Shown here: piece by piece, positions 19,005-29,135 of the stretch
How the letters are laid out: each line of letters begins with the position of its first letter
Numbering within the stretch: the stretch's first letter is position 1
Source: an uncultured Methanoregulaceae archaeon
GTDB lineage: Archaea > Halobacteriota > Methanomicrobia > Methanomicrobiales > Methanospirillaceae
DNA: 64,000 nt
Direction: 5' to 3'
NCBI GenBank assembly: GCA_963841015.1
Contig: CAWJAX010000003.1
Span: forward strand, 1 to 64,000
The notes under the pieces: generated by a model
Database searches by the model: none
Seen by the model: only the letters and a program-made list of their open reading frames with translations
Told to the model about the DNA's origin: nothing
Position numbers and translations under genes: made by a program

Positions 19005-20036
19005 TTAGTATCCTATAATCACCCGGATAATCGCAAAAGCAATAAACCCGATAATGGCAGCGAGAGGGATGGTGAGAAGCCATGCCAGCGCGATCGTCCT
19101 TGCAATACCCCATTTTACCGCACTCGTACCCATGGTAGTACCTACTCCCATGATCGATGTGCAGATAATATGCGTAGTGCTCACTGGAATACCCACTGCG
19201 GAAGCCCCGAGGATTGTTGCCGCTCCCGCCGTCTCTGCAGCAAATCCGTGTACCGGGCGGAGTTTTGTGATTTTTGACCCCATCGTCTTGACAATACGCC
19301 ACCCGCCGGACAGGGTGCCGAGCGCAATTGCTGCATGGGCGATCAGGATCACCCACAGGGGGACGGGAAGGTTATTGGGATCGACACTGGCGCCGTAATA
19401 CCCGATTGAATAGAGCAGCGGGGTAATAATCCCCATCGTCTTCTGGGCATCATTCGTCCCATGACTGAAACTATAGGTCCCTGCCGAGACGAGCTGGAGC
19501 TTTCTGAAATAACTGTCGGCAGTTGATTTATGGGCTTTTTTGGTGAGATTGAGCACGACTACCATAAACAAAAATCCACAGGCAAGTCCAATAAGGGGGG
19601 AGATGACCATGAAGGTTACAATCAGTTCAACCGCTGACCATTTTATCGCGGCAATTCCTGCCGCCGAGATTCCCGCTCCCACGAGTCCTCCAATGAGGGC
19701 ATGGGAAGACGAGGTGGGAAGGCCAAAAATCCACGTGATGATATTCCAGGTGATTGCACCGATAAGGGCTGACAGGATAATATAGGGAACTATTTCGGTC
19801 GGCACGATTTCCAGCTGGATAATCTTACTGATAGTACTTGCCACCGCAACGGTGAACGCAAATGCAGCGATAAAATTAAAAAACGCAGCAAAGGCAACGG
19901 CATTGCGGGGGGAAAGGACCTTAGTGGAGACCACCGTTGAAATTGAGTTGGCTGAGTCGTGGAACCCGTTCGTGTAATCAAAGAAGAGCGCGACGCCGAT
20001 AATGAAAACGATAAGTCCCCACGTTGCCTCGATCAT
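19005..20036 (-). CDS. PiT-family inorganic phosphate transporter
   Basis: NGFHDSAN, GLPTSSSH, HGTNDAQK, GIPVSTTH. Confidence 0.95.
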   Translation of the reverse strand: MIEATWGLIVFIIGVALFFDYTNGFHDSANSISTVVSTKVLSPRNAVAFAAFFNFIAAFAFTVAVASTISKIIQLEIVPTEIVPYIILSALIGAITWNIITWIFGLPTSSSHALIGGLVGAGISAAGIAAIKWSAVELIVTFMVISPLIGLACGFLFMVVVLNLTKKAHKSTADSYFRKLQLVSAGTYSFSHGTNDAQKTMGIITPLLYSIGYYGASVDPNNLPVPLWVILIAHAAIALGTLSGGWRIVKTMGSKITKLRPVHGFAAETAGAATILGASAVGIPVSTTHIICTSIMGVGTTMGTSAVKWGIARTIALAWLLTIPLAAIIGFIAFAIIRVIIGY

Positions 20037-20055
20037 TCAGTCATCTCACCTACAC

Positions 20056-20685
20056 TCATGAATGCCGGATTGCGATGTCCGAGAGCACGTTTGCCACATC
20101 CTCGCAATAATCCGTAGCTGTCTCAAGATGCTCGTAGATATCCTTCAGTTTGATGATCGTTATTGCATCATTCGTTTTGAAGAGATCGGTTACCGCATGG
20201 GCAAGCACATCGTCAGCGAGATTTTCAAGACGGTTTACCTCGATACATCGCTCCTCGATATAGCGGGGGTCCTTGATGGAACGGATACCCTTGACCGCAC
20301 TCTCAAGCTCAGTTGTGGACATATGGATTATTTTTGCGAGTTCGATCATATGCGCATCAGTTGCGCCAATATTGTAATAATACATCTTTTCGGTTGCGCC
20401 ATCGATATAGTCCAGCACTTCGTCAAGTGAGGACGCGAGAGCGGAGATCTCTTCAGGATCGATAGGGGTGATGAACGAACTGTTCAGCTGCTTATAGATA
20501 TCATGGGTAATCTGGTCACCCTTATGCTCAAGTTTCTCGATCTCGTGGCGTTTCTCTTTTACATTCGTAAAATCTTCGGTCAGTGCGACCAGCTGCCAGG
20601 CAGCCTCCTTCATCACTCCCGCCTGTTTTTCGAACAGATCGAAATAAATCTTATCGTGCGGTATCAATAACTCGCGAAGACCCAT
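20056..20685 (-). CDS. DUF47/PhoU-like phosphate transport regulator
   Basis: LEHKGD, SFITPIDPEEI, LENLAD, ATDYCED. Confidence 0.92.
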   Translation of the reverse strand: MGLRELLIPHDKIYFDLFEKQAGVMKEAAWQLVALTEDFTNVKEKRHEIEKLEHKGDQITHDIYKQLNSSFITPIDPEEISALASSLDEVLDYIDGATEKMYYYNIGATDAHMIELAKIIHMSTTELESAVKGIRSIKDPRYIEERCIEVNRLENLADDVLAHAVTDLFKTNDAITIIKLKDIYEHLETATDYCEDVANVLSDIAIRHS

Positions 20686-20744
20686 ATCAAACCCAGTGGT
20701 AATCGGTCAAGAACCTTAAAAAATCTAGCGAAATGGGATTGACC

Positions 20745-21935
20745 CTAGATGATTGTCAAAAGGAAGCTGATGATCTGGTAACCGGCATAGGATATTCCCA
20801 GTGCGAGCGGGATCGTGATAACCCATGCTGTCATCATCTCACGGACAACGCTCCATTGAACAGCTGTCCTTCCCCTTGTTGCACCCACTCCGACGATAGA
20901 ACCGTTGATGGCTTGTGTGGAAGAGACGGGAATACCCTGCCGGGTGACCATCACGAGAATGGCACTGCTTGCGGTCGCAGCACAGAATCCCTGGTACGGG
21001 CGGATCTTCGTAATCTCTTTTGCCATCTTGTCGACAACTTTCCAGCCACCAAAACAGGTCCCGAGGCCAATAGCAATAGCGGAGGTGAGGATGACCCAGG
21101 TCGGCACCTCAAATGCGACCAGGATTCCTGAAGAGACGAGCAGGGCTGTAATCAGGCCCACCGCATGCTGCCCGTCATTCGCACCGTGGGCGGTTGCCTG
21201 CCCGAGACATGCGAGTACGTGCAGCGGCTGGAATGTCCGTTTCGCCCGGTTCTGGCGTGCGTGTTTGATCAACTGGGTGACGAGGACATTTAAGAGAAAC
21301 GCACCTGCCATTCCCATGAGCGGCCCGATGAAGATGAAGAGTACGATTCCAAGAAGGCCCTGCAGGTGCAGCACACCGGCAATCATCAGGAGTGGAATGA
21401 TGATCCCTGCGCCGAATACAGCCCCCAGCAGGATACCCAGCCGGATATCCCCTTCGCCCGCGGCACAGATGGCCGCGAGCACGAGTGCCCCAAGAACTGC
21501 ACCTATACACGCAAAGAAAAATACCTGGAGCAGAGAATCTGAGCTCGGGAGGATAATCGCAGAAAGACCAACTGCCCCTATCGCCGCTCCCAGAAGTCCG
21601 CCTACCATTGCGTGACTGCTGGAGACCGGGATCCCCATCCGGGTGGCGACAAACACAAGGGCAATCGATGTCAGCATTGCAACATTGATCGAGAGAGGGG
21701 TTAGACCTTCGGTCGTGACAATTTCCGTCCCTATCGTGACTGCAACTGCCGTCGAAAAGAGAAACGGCCCGATCATATTGCAGACCGCTGTGGAGAACAC
21801 TGCCCGGATGGGGGAGAGCGCTTTTGTTGCAACGACGGTGGCGATGGAATGAGAAGCATCATTAAGCCCGTTGACAAAGTTCAGGGCGAGAGCAAGGATA
21901 ATGCCAAACAGGATGAGAGGTTCCATGCCGGTCAT
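20745..21935 (-). CDS. PiT-family transporter, divergent paralog
   Basis: NGLNDASH, GIPVSSSH, HGANDGQH; extra hydrophobic insertion. Confidence 0.9.
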   Translation of the reverse strand: MTGMEPLILFGIILALALNFVNGLNDASHSIATVVATKALSPIRAVFSTAVCNMIGPFLFSTAVAVTIGTEIVTTEGLTPLSINVAMLTSIALVFVATRMGIPVSSSHAMVGGLLGAAIGAVGLSAIILPSSDSLLQVFFFACIGAVLGALVLAAICAAGEGDIRLGILLGAVFGAGIIIPLLMIAGVLHLQGLLGIVLFIFIGPLMGMAGAFLLNVLVTQLIKHARQNRAKRTFQPLHVLACLGQATAHGANDGQHAVGLITALLVSSGILVAFEVPTWVILTSAIAIGLGTCFGGWKVVDKMAKEITKIRPYQGFCAATASSAILVMVTRQGIPVSSTQAINGSIVGVGATRGRTAVQWSVVREMMTAWVITIPLALGISYAGYQIISFLLTII

Positions 21936-22561
21936 GCGTGGCTCATCGCGATGTCATGCAGGGTATGCCCTACATCATTGCAATCTACCATGACCTTTGC
22001 AAATCCCTCATAGATATCCTTGAGTTTGATGATCATCAGGAGATCCTTGGTCTTGAAGAGTTCCAGGATTGCCCGCGAGAGAAGCTCTGTAGAGAGATTG
22101 TAGAGCCGATTAATTTCATTTGCGTGAGATTTTACCTCCTCGGGTTTCCTGAGTGTCGAGAGCGCTGTGATAGCCTGCTGGATCTCAATCCCGGAAAGCT
22201 TGATAATATAGGAAAATTCCTTGAGAACATCATTGGACTCCGGTATCCCGTAGTTGCAGAGCTGGTGGGTGACCCAGTCAATCCTGTCCAGCACATCGTC
22301 AAGTACCGGAGTGAGCCGTGCAATCTCTTCCGGTTCAAGGGGTGTGATGAGCGATTCGTTGAGCTGTTCGAATATCTTACGGGTAGTATCGTCGCCGAGA
22401 TGCTCAATCTGGCGAACCCTGTGCGCTTTTTCCGTACCGCCGGGAAGTTCATGGGTGATCTCGTTTAAGATAGAGGAAGCCTCGGCAATTTTTTCTGCCA
22501 TCTCTTTAAAAAGGGTAAAGAAAACCTTGTCTTCAGGAAGTATCAGGGTGCGTATTCGCAT
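21932..22561 (-). CDS. DUF47/PhoU-like protein, divergent paralog
   Basis: IEHLGD, LITPLEPEEI, IIKLKDIYE. Confidence 0.88.
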   Translation of the reverse strand: MRIRTLILPEDKVFFTLFKEMAEKIAEASSILNEITHELPGGTEKAHRVRQIEHLGDDTTRKIFEQLNESLITPLEPEEIARLTPVLDDVLDRIDWVTHQLCNYGIPESNDVLKEFSYIIKLSGIEIQQAITALSTLRKPEEVKSHANEINRLYNLSTELLSRAILELFKTKDLLMIIKLKDIYEGFAKVMVDCNDVGHTLHDIAMSHA

Positions 22562-22622
22562 GGTCGTTCTGAATAGTCCCTCTGGTATGCAAGTATAAAA
22601 ATTCACGGGAAAAAGGGACGAG

Positions 22623-22694
22623 TGGACTGGGCGGGAATTGAACCCGCGGCCTCTCCCATGCCAAGGGAGCGATCTACCACTGATCTACCAGCCC
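22623..22694 (-). tRNA. tRNA-Ala(GGC)
   Basis: GGGCTGG...CCAGTCC-A with G3-U70; anticodon arm CTCCC-TT GGC AT-GGGAG. Confidence 0.96.
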
Positions 22695-22779
22695 GCTCTA
22701 CCATTGTTGAACGGCATTGGTTAAAAGAATTGTTTTTGTCTGTTGTGGAGAATTATCTCTTTTTAGCAGGAAGAATTCA

Positions 22780-22990
22780 TACCTGCGAATTATTCAGATA
22801 TATTGTAAGGGTTGTACCTTCTGTTTCAGGAACGATAAACTACCGCCACCCCCGAAAGGACGCCCCCCGCGGCGGTTCTTGACCTGAATCAAAAGAATTC
22901 CCTGCCCGCTGTGTCTCGGAGAGGCCCTGAAGCGGAGGCTCATCGTGTGAAGGACATTTTTATGGTACGGCTATGAACTGAATCAACTTA
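22780..22990 (+). repeat. Module B repeat
   Basis: tattcagatat...ccgccacccccgaaaggacgcc...ccctgcccgc...gagaggcc...tttttatggt; colinear with the 47110-47345 and 50288-50505 copies. Confidence 0.75.
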
Positions 22991-22995
22991 TTTTG

Positions 22996-23221
22996 GGGTC
23001 TGCAGAAGAGATTTTTTGGATGTTTTGACTTCCTTTTATTATTTAACAAATTACTGAAACGATGATGGAGGGGACAGTGCCTGACCCCCCAACACCCCCT
23101 GCGCTTAGAGCGATGATGGTGTATTACCTGTTCTGGAGTTATAGCATTTAGGGGAACTGCTACGGTGGGGGTTGAACCCCCGTGAGCGGTCAGATTTTTA
23201 AAGTTTTTTTTGTATAGAGCC
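22996..23221 (-). mobile_element. MITE-like element, module A (inverted)
   Basis: Ends GGGTCTGCAGAA and TATAGAGCC; internal gggggttgaaccccc and ggggacagtgcctgacccc hairpins; no clean TSD. Confidence 0.75.
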
Positions 23222-23309
23222 ATTTTAACTACTAACTCGTAAAGGAAATAACAAGAAAAAATTGAGTCAGAATAGTGTTCCAGAATTCAGATAGAAAAAG
23301 TGTTCCTGT

Positions 23310-23480
23310 TCAGGAACCAAAAACGCAGACGCTCCAGGGGCTTCGCCCCGCCACTATGGCGCCCCGGTTGCGATGGTGTTGTATAACCAGGGATCATGAA
23401 TACCGGTAATTCAGATGAATCGCATGCGCCCCCACCCCCGAAAGGGGGCAGGGCTGGCGCAAGGGGGGCATTCAATAAAA
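23310..23480 (+). repeat. Module C repeat
   Basis: acgctccaggggcttcgccccgccact...gcgat...cccccgaaggggg-type hairpins; related to 9085-9262. Confidence 0.6.
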
Positions 23481-23524
23481 AAAGAAATTAGTCGCTGAGA
23501 TGTGAATATACCCAATTTTTTTGT

Positions 23525-23750
23525 ATATTATTCAGATCTGATGCAAAAATGTAACCACTTCATGCATCCTGCAGATGATTACCACCGCCCCGGAGTGTCC
23601 CCGCAACGGATTGGTGTGGAATAAATCCAATAAAAATTTCCTCTTCATCGCGCCTCTGAGAAATCCTGAATCGGGAGTTCTTGTGTTGAGCGGACGATTT
23701 TTCATCTTTCGGATATGAACCGAAATTGATTCATGCCTGTTTCCTAAAAC
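23525..23750 (+). repeat. Module B repeat
   Basis: tattcagatctgatg...ccaccgccc...gcctctgaga...cggacgatttttcat...gattcat; abuts the pncB stop. Confidence 0.7.
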
Positions 23751-23765
23751 CGATTATCTACCGTT

Positions 23766-24911
23766 TTATTCGCTGGGAAGAGCGGGTAATTTCTGTAACA
23801 CCCGTTTACGTGCTTCCTGCATATCACAGTTGATCACTTTTTTTCCGTTTTGAATAAAAGGCTCAATCAGGATTTTTCCACCCTTTGGTGCTTTCTGCTT
23901 TTCCGGTACCATGCGGTGTGACCCATCGGGCATCGAGTACACCTGTTTTACTCCGCTCCGCTTCCCCCGCTTGGCTTTGGGTATACCTTCAATCTCCACA
24001 ATATCCATGCCAAAGTCGATTACGGGCGCATTCGCAATAGCCCCCCCAACACCAAAAGCGTCCACAATATCTTTGTATAAGATAATATCCTCCCGGGTAA
24101 CCCCCCCGGATAAGAAGATTTTCACCTCAGGATATCCATGGGCGTCCAGTTCCCAGCGAACCTCTTCAATGATCGAACGCATATTACCGCGCCGCGAGCG
24201 GGGTGTATCGAGCCGGACTGCCATTGCTCCGCATTCAGCTGCCCGTAAAGACTCGGTCTTTTCATCACAGTATGTGTCACAGAGCATGATCCGGGGCACC
24301 TCTTTTGGGGTGTTTTTGTCAAACGACCGCCACGCATCTTCCGGTTTTTTATAACACATCACAAACGCATGTGGCATCGTCCCGACGACTGGCATCCCCT
24401 CAGGAGCACAGATATTCGAGACACCATCAACACCCCCAATCCATGCTGCGCGCTCGATCATCCGGGCGATTGACGGGTGCTGCCGGCGCGAACCAAAGGA
24501 ATAGACGGGACGACCGTGAGCGGCGAGTATTATATGGGCAGCAGCAGAGGCAACACCTGAGGCATGGCAGAGGAATCCGAGGATCGCTGTTTCGTACCGG
24601 CAAAAATCACGGTACTTTCCCGAAATCCTCAATACCGGTTCATTTTTCAAAAAAATGCTGCCCTCCGGCATGGCATCAACCGTGACCGGAATACCCTCCA
24701 GAAGTGCAATGACATCAGAGAGTCCACAGAAAACTGCCCAATCATCCGGAAGTGCAGATGCGGTCACTTCCATGGAAACTACCGGATTGATCTTTGCCAG
24801 TCGCAGTGTTTCTTCTGTACGGACAAAATAGATATCCGTACAATAGCCCTTTTTTATGGTATCATCACTTACGGTCTCGAATCCGGCCATAGAAAAGTAT
24901 GGTTCGTTCAC
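23766..24911 (-). CDS. pncB: Nicotinate phosphoribosyltransferase
   Basis: TDIYF, FGSRRQHP, GTMPHA, VRLDTP, SGG, FGVG. Confidence 0.93.
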   Translation of the reverse strand: MNEPYFSMAGFETVSDDTIKKGYCTDIYFVRTEETLRLAKINPVVSMEVTASALPDDWAVFCGLSDVIALLEGIPVTVDAMPEGSIFLKNEPVLRISGKYRDFCRYETAILGFLCHASGVASAAAHIILAAHGRPVYSFGSRRQHPSIARMIERAAWIGGVDGVSNICAPEGMPVVGTMPHAFVMCYKKPEDAWRSFDKNTPKEVPRIMLCDTYCDEKTESLRAAECGAMAVRLDTPRSRRGNMRSIIEEVRWELDAHGYPEVKIFLSGGVTREDIILYKDIVDAFGVGGAIANAPVIDFGMDIVEIEGIPKAKRGKRSGVKQVYSMPDGSHRMVPEKQKAPKGGKILIEPFIQNGKKVINCDMQEARKRVLQKLPALPSE

Positions 24912-25066
24912 GAATTTACGCTTACTCTAAAAATTATCCAGTGCGGATTTGCGCTAAATATTAGTGGTGACGGAAACAATAATTCTTTAGTGTGCAGGTG
25001 GAGCATGCAGGGTACACAGATAACCGGATTTGACAAGGGATCAGCACTGTATACAAGGTGGTGCCG

Positions 25067-25738
25067 ATGCTGGGTATTATAGGTGGCACGAGTCTTTTAT
25101 TTTCCACGCTCCCCTCACTCGAGAAGCTGACGGTGAGCACACCTTTTGGTTCTGCGGAGATACTCAAAGGGGATATCGTGATGCTGATGCGACACCAGCA
25201 CGGACTTCCCCCCCACCGGATCAATCACCGGGCACATCTGGCTGCACTTGCAATCGCCGGCGTTGACCGGATTGTCGCATTCGGGTCTTCCGGATCACTC
25301 AAACCGAAGATAGCCCCCGGGTCCCTGTTGATCCCGACCGATTATATCTGCCTGTCTGATACCCCCTCGATACACGATCACGATATTGAACATGTCCGCC
25401 CGGAACTCTCCAGGGATCTTTCACAAAAACTTTCAAAACTGGTCCCTTCCGCACGCTTTGGCGGGATATATGTCCAGACCCAGGGCCCCCGGATCGAAAC
25501 GGTTGCTGAAGTCAGTGCACTTGGATGGATAGCTGATGTCGTGGGTATGACCGTTGCCTCAGAGGCAACCCTCGCAGGTGAACTCGGTATGGAATTTGCA
25601 GCGCTCTGCACCGTAGACAACTACGCGAACGGGCTGGGTCGCGAGGTACTAACCTATGAGCACATCCTGTCCACGTCACGGGAGAACCGGGCCCGGACTG
25701 AAGAGATTGTAAATACTATCATCAGGGATATGGGCTGA
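25067..25738 (+). CDS. MTAP-family purine nucleoside phosphorylase (likely 6-oxopurine/MTI-specific)
   Basis: GIIGGT, PPHRINH, GPRIET.AE, VGMT; TVDN carries Asn as in 6-oxopurine phosphorylases. Confidence 0.88.
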   Translation: MLGIIGGTSLLFSTLPSLEKLTVSTPFGSAEILKGDIVMLMRHQHGLPPHRINHRAHLAALAIAGVDRIVAFGSSGSLKPKIAPGSLLIPTDYICLSDTPSIHDHDIEHVRPELSRDLSQKLSKLVPSARFGGIYVQTQGPRIETVAEVSALGWIADVVGMTVASEATLAGELGMEFAALCTVDNYANGLGREVLTYEHILSTSRENRARTEEIVNTIIRDMG

Positions 25739-25743
25739 TATCG

Positions 25744-27069
25744 ATGGCGGACCATGACAGGGAAGACATTTTTGAAAAGAAGTACTCGCTCCTGATTACC
25801 AACGTGACAGCTGATGGCAACCCCGTCGATATCTTTGTTGATGATACGGGGATTATTGCAGGTATTGGTGAAAAGGATAGGAAAAAGCATAAAGGTGAGG
25901 CTGAGTTTATCCTCGATGGGGATGGGGCGATTGCACTCCCGGGTCTCGTGAATACGCATACCCATGCTGCAATGACGCTTTTGCGGGGCTATGCAGATGA
26001 TATGATCCTGCAGGACTGGCTCACCCAGAAGATATGGCCGCTCGAAGCGCACCTTACCAATAAAGACGTATACCATGGTACCCGCCTTGCCTGTATTGAG
26101 ATGATACGGAGTGGGACAACTGCATTCAATGATATGTACTTCTTTATGGATGATGCAGCCCGGGCTGTTGACAAATCCGGTATCCGTGCAGTGCTCTCAT
26201 ACGGGTTTATCGATCTCTTCTCTGAGGAGAAACGTGAGAAGGAGTGTAAAGCAACGGAAAATCTTGCTGCACATATAAAAAGTCTGAACAACCCGCGGAT
26301 CAAAGCCGCTGCAGGCCCGCATGCAATCTACACGGTATCCCGGGAAGGACTGCAGTGGTGTGCTGAATTCGCCCGGGAACAGAAGATCGGTATCCATATC
26401 CATCTTTCTGAGACGGAAGGAGAAGTAAATGAGTGTATAGCCAGGTACGGTAAACGTCCCGGTTTTCTTCTCGAGGAATGCGGTATTCTCACCCCTCATA
26501 CTGTCGCTGCGCATGGCTGCTGGCTGGATGAAACCGAGTGTTCGCTGCTCGGGCGCCGCGGGGTTCATGTATCCCACAATCCGGCAAGCAACATGAAACT
26601 TGCAACCAACCGCGCGATGCCCTTCCACCTGCTTTCCGGTGCTGGCGTAAATGTCTGCCTTGGTACTGATGGCTGTGCCTCGAATAACAATCTCGATATG
26701 TTCGAAGAAAGTAAGATAGCAGCCCTCCTGCAGAAATTTTACTGGAACAACCCGACACTCCTTCCGGCACAGGAAGCACTCAGCATGGCAACAGTGAACG
26801 GTGCAAAGGCGCTGGGTTTCGGAACCGGAAAACTCGCTATCGGTGCACCGGCTGATATTGTACTGGTTACTACGCACTCAGTGTGTAATACACCACTCCA
26901 TCATGCCAGCTCCAATATCGTGTATTCCTGTAATGGCGGGGCAGTCGAAACAACCATCTGCGATGGAAAAGTGTTGATGCTCGAGCGCGAAATCCCCGGG
27001 GAGGCTGAGATCCGAAAGAATGCAGCCCGGGCAGCCCATGAGCTTGTCTGCCGTGCCCAGAGCAGCTGA
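25744..27069 (+). CDS. MTA/SAH/5'-deoxyadenosine deaminase (amidohydrolase)
   Basis: PGLVNTHTH, HIHLSET, AAHG, HNPASNMKL, LGTDG. Confidence 0.9.
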   Translation: MADHDREDIFEKKYSLLITNVTADGNPVDIFVDDTGIIAGIGEKDRKKHKGEAEFILDGDGAIALPGLVNTHTHAAMTLLRGYADDMILQDWLTQKIWPLEAHLTNKDVYHGTRLACIEMIRSGTTAFNDMYFFMDDAARAVDKSGIRAVLSYGFIDLFSEEKREKECKATENLAAHIKSLNNPRIKAAAGPHAIYTVSREGLQWCAEFAREQKIGIHIHLSETEGEVNECIARYGKRPGFLLEECGILTPHTVAAHGCWLDETECSLLGRRGVHVSHNPASNMKLATNRAMPFHLLSGAGVNVCLGTDGCASNNNLDMFEESKIAALLQKFYWNNPTLLPAQEALSMATVNGAKALGFGTGKLAIGAPADIVLVTTHSVCNTPLHHASSNIVYSCNGGAVETTICDGKVLMLEREIPGEAEIRKNAARAAHELVCRAQSS

Positions 27070-27070
27070 T

Positions 27071-28514
27071 ATGGAAAAACAAAAGAGAACGTCCTGGATG
27101 TTCCGGGCATCAGTAGTTGTCGCGATATTTCTTGTCCTGGTATCATGTGTTGTTTCAACCGGGTGCCTTGAGAATGTCATCATTCCCGTTTTTACCAGTG
27201 CCGGTCACACCCACCTCGCCGATAATGAGGGAAATTTATCGGTGTATTTCCTTGATGTCGGGCAGGGAGACTCCACCCTCTTTATGGTTGATGGAAAAAC
27301 GATATTGATCGATGCCGGGGAGGTCGACATGGGTGATCGGGTAGTCCGTGATTTGAGAAAACTCGGTGTTACAAGGATAGATCTTCTGGTTGCCACGCAC
27401 CCGCATTCCGATCATATTGGTGGTTTGCAGACAGTACTTGCATCTTTCCCTGTGGGCCAGGTGCTCGACGCCGGCATACCTTCTCCGTCACCGGTCTATG
27501 AGCATTTTCTCGAAACGATCGACCGGAAAAACATTCCTTACCGGGTAGCAGAGCAGGGGCAGACAATTGATTTTAACCCGGCTTTACGGGTCTTCGTCCT
27601 CTCACCAGCGGCGCAGCGGATTGGTGACGACCCGAATATAAACTCTGTCGTACTTCGCATATCCTATGGCACCATAGACTTCCTGATGACCGGGGACATA
27701 GATGGAGAGGGAGAGGAAGCATTGATCAGGAGTGGTTACCCGCTCGATGCCGAGATCCTGAAAGTTGCGCATCACGGGAGTTCTTCTTCAACCTCAACCG
27801 GTTTCCTCGGTACGTGTCCGTCCGGAAATGGGTGTCCTCTTCGTGGGGGAGGACAACCCCTACGGCCACCCGCACAGGGAGATACTCGATCTCCTGAAAA
27901 AAAGCGGGGTTACGGTCTACCGCACTGACCGTGACAGGACTATCGTAGTCCGGACTGACGGGATGTCGTACTCCGTGAAAACGGAAACGAACGATGATGG
28001 TATCTGGAAGTTTTCAACACCCCGGGAAACAACCCCGGTAAAACCGGTTTTCATCCTCCCGACCTTACCGCTCCTTGAACCTGTTCCTCTCCCGGAAATT
28101 ACCCTGCCCCCTATCCCGGCAAACCTCACCCTCCCGGTTCCGGTGCTCGCTGCTCCCCAGATCGGCAACGCTTCATCGATATATATCAGCGCAACACAGT
28201 TCGATGCACCGGGTGATGACCGCCAGAACCTGAACGGCGAATGGGTGCAGCTGGCCAACAGGGGAGGTGATACCGTGCTCATTGCGGGCTGGACCCTCTC
28301 TGATAATGGGCAACATACCCTCTATACATTTCCGGCTGTTTTCCTCGTTCCTGGTGAATCGGTTCGTGTCTTTACGGGTTCCGGTACGCTGAACAACACC
28401 GCACTCTTTATGGGTAAAACCGATCCAGTCTGGGGCAACAGCGGGGATAAGGCCATCTTAAAAGACGGTCAGGGAGCGATTATCGACCAAAGATCTGAAG
28501 GTGGGAATTCATGA
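27071..28514 (+). CDS. Lipoprotein: ComEC/Rec2-like metallo-beta-lactamase nuclease plus lamin-tail domain (frameshift at ~27810)
   Basis: Lipobox STGC, DVGQGDS, THPHSDHIGG, KVAHHGS, then NPYGHP and EWVQLAN...GWTLSD...WGNSGD in the next frame. Confidence 0.85.
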
Positions 28515-28726
28515 AGGCAACCATCGACCGGATAGAAGGACCCATTGCCGTATTGATCTCACGCGAAGATGAATCAGTACGGGTGGATCTTCCTGTTTCA
28601 CTGCTCCCCCCAGGTTGCCGGGAAGGGGATATACTCATGATCCGGATCGAACGGGATAGGGCGGCAACTGAGGCTGCTCAGGAACGGGTAGCGGGTCTTA
28701 TTGAAAAACTGAAAAAACGGAAATAA
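28511..28726 (+). CDS. DUF3006-family protein
   Basis: IDRIEG.IAV, LLPPGCREGD; overlaps the upstream stop (ATGA). Confidence 0.85.
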   Translation: MKATIDRIEGPIAVLISREDESVRVDLPVSLLPPGCREGDILMIRIERDRAATEAAQERVAGLIEKLKKRK

Positions 28727-28727
28727 G

Positions 28728-28917
28728 GTACGATGAAGAAGGGGGAGGTGCCTGTCTCTCCACAACACCTCAGCAGATAGAGCGATAAATCTGCATTCCT
28801 TTTTTGAGTGGATTTCGCATTTTTTGAGGAGCACAAAGTTGTGAGGATCAAACTTACGGTGAGCATTTAGATTGTTATTGAATATTTCCTATGAAACACG
28901 TAATCTTCAGATATTTT
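28728..28917 (-). mobile_element. Older composite element, left part: inverted module A plus head of module B
   Basis: tacgatgaagaaggggg...gcctgtc...gagcatttag...tttcctatgaaa...ttcagatatttt matches the A/B junction at 47075-47135. Confidence 0.65.
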
Positions 28918-29127
28918 TGCTCTGGAGAAATATTCAATTACATGCTAAACGCTCAAGGGGGTTTCACCCCCTCCACGGGGGGTCCCCCGATGCGATAACT
29001 CCCGAACAGGTGCTACCTCATCATCGCTCAGCGCAGGGGCGGCATGGGGGGACAGGCTCATGTTCACTCCTTCATTCGTACCAGCATCCTGAATTTCATA
29101 TCAAGGAAAAAGAAATTCTACAGAGCC
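28918..29127 (+). mobile_element. MITE-like element, module A, 210 bp, nested insertion
   Basis: TIR TGCTCTGGAGAA/TTCTACAGAGCC; perfect 8-bp TSD GATATTTT at 28910-28917 and 29128-29135; near-identical to 13430-13634. Confidence 0.9.
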
Positions 29128-29135
29128 GATATTTT

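Noticed and set aside
20905-21615. Long antisense ORFs (for example 20905-21615, 26197-26877, 52353-53021)
   Set aside because: They are shadows of well-supported genes on the opposite strand and have no motifs of their own.
22840-22990. Module B as a group II intron remnant
   Set aside because: No domain V catalytic-triad hairpin or intron-encoded protein is visible, and the TIR and TSD evidence favours a DNA element.
22623-23750. tRNA-Ala, tRNA-Pro or tRNA-Phe as integration sites of an island or provirus
   Set aside because: No integrase and no duplicated tRNA 3' end was seen, and the flanking genes are ordinary.
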